NCBI GenBank assembly: GCA_018715175.1 | Contig: DVME01000102.1 | Coordinates: 69 to 64,068 of the forward strand | Direction: 5' to 3' | DNA from: Candidatus Limiplasma stercoravium | GTDB lineage: Bacteria; Bacillota; Clostridia; Christensenellales; Aristaeellaceae | DNA: 64,000 bases | Shown: in pieces, positions 60,026-64,000 of the stretch | How the letters are laid out: the number at the start of each line of letters is the position of its first letter | Numbering within the stretch: the first letter of the stretch is position 1 | The notes under the pieces: generated by a model | What the model saw: the letters and a program-made list of their open reading frames with translations, nothing else | Database searches by the model: none | What the model was told of the DNA's origin: nothing | Position numbers and translations under genes: made by a program

Positions 60026-62239
60026 ATGTCCCACGTAAGGCCCAAAAACCGCAAGCGCCGTGAAACCCTTTCCTTGCGCATGGCGCTGTCGTACAGTTTG
60101 TTTTTGCTGGTCTGCCTGGCGCTGTCGCTGGGTCTGTTTTTGAACGCCACGCACAATGCCCGGGACACGTTTTGGACGCAACGGACGGATCAATTGGCGC
60201 GCGATGCCGATACCCTGGCACACTACCTCAGCGTGATGAACAACTACACCCGCCAGTTTCTCAACGATTCTACCTTCGTACGTCTTTCCAACATGGCCGG
60301 GCCGTCGGATCAGGGGTTCATTCGCACGGCCTACGACGTGATGCAGGGGTTTTCCGCGCGGATGTATTCTTTGTTGGATATGCCTGTAACCCAAAGCAAC
60401 GTGTATTTGAGCAAATCCGGTTATGTGATTTCGGCAAGCCAGTTCACCGAAGTGCGCGAGTATTACGATCACTACCGCATCCTCACCCCCGGTTTGTACG
60501 ATCAATGGCTGGAGGCGCTGGTTACCTCCGGCGCGGAGGGGACTTTCATTGACGCTCAGCCCTTTACCGGCGTTCACGGAGCGTATTTTTTTGCACGGGA
60601 CATTGACGCCATCCTCAACCGCAGCGTACCGGCCGTCATCCTCTTTGAGATGGACATGAAGCGCCTGCGCAGCCTTTTTCTCTCCGACGACATGGGCGAG
60701 GACGCCGTGGTGGTTGTCTGCGGAGAGGACGGGACGCAAAAGCTGGTTTTGAGCGACGGCGACGCGGCGCAAGTCGCGCAAGCGATGCAGGCGGCCGCGT
60801 ACGACAGCCGCGGCTTTGCCGCCGAGGGCAACCGGGTGTATCTGCGCGTGACCGCGGACAACGGCTGGGTGTATATGGCCGCGTTGGATCGGGGCCTGTG
60901 TGACGAAGCGCTGGGACGCCACGACGCCGCCTTTGTCCTGGTGCTGATCGTCGCGCTGGCCGGCGGCGCGGCGCTGGTGTTCACGCTGGTTCGGCATAAC
61001 ATGCGGCCCATCCGTCAAATGGGCACGCAGCTGCAAAAGGCCGAGGACGACCGCGACCGGTTGATGAAAGAAATGGACGACCAACGCCCCATGCTGTGCG
61101 CCAGCTATCTGCGCAAGCTGCTTTCGGGGCATGTGTCCTCCGAGGGCGAGTTTTCGTATATGATGAACTTCCTGAGCTTGGAAGGCGCCAAATGCTTTTA
61201 CGTGCTGTACGCCAAAACCTATCGCCGCCAGGACGCGACCGCTGATCCCGTCGCAGAACACGAGGCCATTTGCGACCACATCCACCGCTTTCTCGTCGGA
61301 GACTTCCCGGTGTATTTTTACACCACATTAGATCGTTCATACGTGGTGCTGGCGGCCTATGGGGATCGTCCTCAGGATCCGCTGATGGATTTGCAGCGCC
61401 GCGTGCTTTCGCTGCACAACGACCTCGACGATCGGTGCGGGCTGTGGTTCTACTGCGGCGTAGGCGAGCGCTGCGCCGACGCGAAACAGCTTTGGGAGTC
61501 CTATGAGCAGGCGCGGTCGGCGTCGCGTTTCACGGCCAAGACCCACATCTTCCTTCCCTATGAAATGATGCGCAAAGACAGCGCCTCGTTTTATTATCCG
61601 GTGGAGATTTCGGCCAAGTTACAGCATTTTATCACCACGGGCAACAAAAGCCAGGTTCAGGAAATGTTTGCCCTCATCCATCGTGAAAACTTCGTGGAGC
61701 GTTCCCTGCCGGTCAAGCTGTTGAGCTTTTTGCTCTCGGATCTCAAGAATACGCTCCTGAAGGCGCGCTTTCAGGTGGCGCCTCAAACGCCGGAGGAAAC
61801 CCAGCGCCTCAACGCGCTGGACGAGCGGCTTTACGAGCAGCCGGATTTCCCGCAGCTGGAGACCACCGCGCTTTGCCTGTGCGAGTTTTTCGTTCGCTCC
61901 GCGGAACCCAGCGACCCCATTCCCGAGGTGGAGCGCTACCTGCTGGAAAATTTCACCGATCCTTCCATGTGCTTAAGCAAGCTTTCAGCCCGCTTCAACA
62001 TTTCGGAAAGCTATCTGTCGCATTTGTTCAAAGACCGCATTGGCCAAAACTTCTCGGCTTATTTGGAAAACCTGCGGCTCAACGAGGCGGTGCGCCGCCT
62101 CCATGATCCGCAGGTCAACGTCAGCAGTCTGTATGAAGATCTGGGTTACAACAATCCCACCACGTTCCGCCGGGCTTTCAAGAAGCGCCACGGCATTTCT
62201 CCAAGCGAGATGCGCGCGAGCTTCAAAACCTCAAACCCC

Positions 62240-62245
<6 letters not shown>
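60026..62245 (+). CDS. Membrane-anchored AraC-family transcriptional regulator (YesS-like)
   Basis: 739 aa. N-terminal TM YSLFLLVCLALSLGLFL and a second TM near residue 300. C-terminal AraC HTH: LSARFNISESYLSHLFKDRIGQNFSAYLENLRLNEA...GYNNPTTFRRAFKKRHGISPSEMR. B. subtilis YesS, from the rhamnogalacturonan locus, has the same size and architecture. Confidence 0.8.
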
Positions 62246-63311
<1,066 letters not shown>

Positions 63312-63319
<8 letters not shown>

Positions 63320-64000
63320 CTTCGCTGCCTCCCTTCATCTTTTTGCTGGTGCCGAAATACTTGGTCACGAGGTTCATCACGACGATGGATGCGTACACGA
63401 TGGCAATGAGAATGGTGGCGTAAGCGCAAGCCACACCGTATTTGCCTTTTTCCGCAAACTCGTTGATCTGCGTGGTGATGAGCAGGTACTGCGGCGTCAC
63501 CAGCAAAATGATGGCGCTGATGGCGGTGATGGATCGCACGAAGGTGGTGACCAAGCCGCTCAAGAAGCTGTCTTTAATCAGCGGAAGCGTCACGGAAGTA
63601 AACACCTTGCCGCTTCCGGCGCCCAGGTCGTAGGCGCTTTCCTCAATGGATTTGTCAATTTGACGAAGTGCTGAGATACCGCTTCGGGTACCCACGGGGA
63701 GGCTGCGCACGATAAAGACAATAACCAAAATAGCGCCCGTACCGTAAATCCATTGCATGAACCCCGTATGGAACACGCCGTTGGCAAACCCGCGAATGTA
63801 TCCCACGCCCAGCACCGTGCCGGGCACGGCCATGGCCAGCATGCTGGTAAATTCGATAAGGCCCTTTGTATGGAACTTCTTTTTGACCACCAGGTAGCTG
63901 ATAATCATGGACAGAAGCGCCGTAATGGGCGAGGCGATGAGGCTGAGGACGAACGAATCGCGGAAAGCCTTGAGGCCGCTGTACTTGAACATGTATTCAA
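63312..64000 (-). CDS. ABC importer permease (FbpB/PotB-like), 5' part beyond the window edge
   Basis: EAA loop IEESAYDLGAGSGKVFTSVTLPLI. The reading frame is still open at position 64000, so the ATG at 63992 is probably internal. Confidence 0.75.

Overview
This is a GC-rich window (roughly 60% by eye, not computed). It is almost entirely coding, with about 50 protein genes. I see no rRNA, tRNA, CRISPR array, transposase or integrase. The signals fit the chromosome of an anaerobic Clostridia-type Firmicute that degrades plant polysaccharide: a T-box leader, Rex, IorAB/PaaK, GGAGG ribosome-binding sites, many ATGA stop/start overlaps and TTG/GTG starts. The taxon cannot be proven from this sequence alone. 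Content from left to right: (1) two tandem paralogs of an unnamed ~470-aa XRE-HTH protein, a 95-aa stand-alone NrdD-type glycyl-radical domain, T-box-controlled serS, and ygiQ; (2) a 12-kb, eight-gene operon joining an ABC-2 transporter pair to MoxR, DUF58, VWA proteins and two unnamed membrane proteins; (3) an Isf-like flavoprotein and iorA-iorB-paaK; (4) an operon of a dGTPase-like HD protein, two NrnA-like DHH proteins and a GNAT; (5) a TetR regulator plus a double-FtsX permease with no ATPase gene, with clear operator palindromes upstream; (6) an operon of an XdhC-like protein, a P-loop NTPase and a FecBCD-type importer, followed by an amidase; (7) a third copy of the HTH family; (8) a TetM/EF-G-like GTPase with an RlmI-like methyltransferase; (9) a heterodimeric ABC exporter, rex and vanW; (10) a pectin/rhamnogalacturonan utilisation locus (GH28, GH105, MATE, a beta-lactamase-fold hydrolase, an ankyrin-GH43 fusion, GH43, a CE12 esterase, an LplABC-like importer and a YesS-like AraC regulator); (11) part of an Fe(III)/polyamine-type ABC importer. 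The best candidates for something undescribed are the stand-alone NrdD glycyl-radical mini-protein, the ABC-2/MoxR/DUF58/VWA operon, the XdhC-NTPase-importer operon, and the three-member HTH family. All functional calls come from motif recognition by eye. No database search was run.
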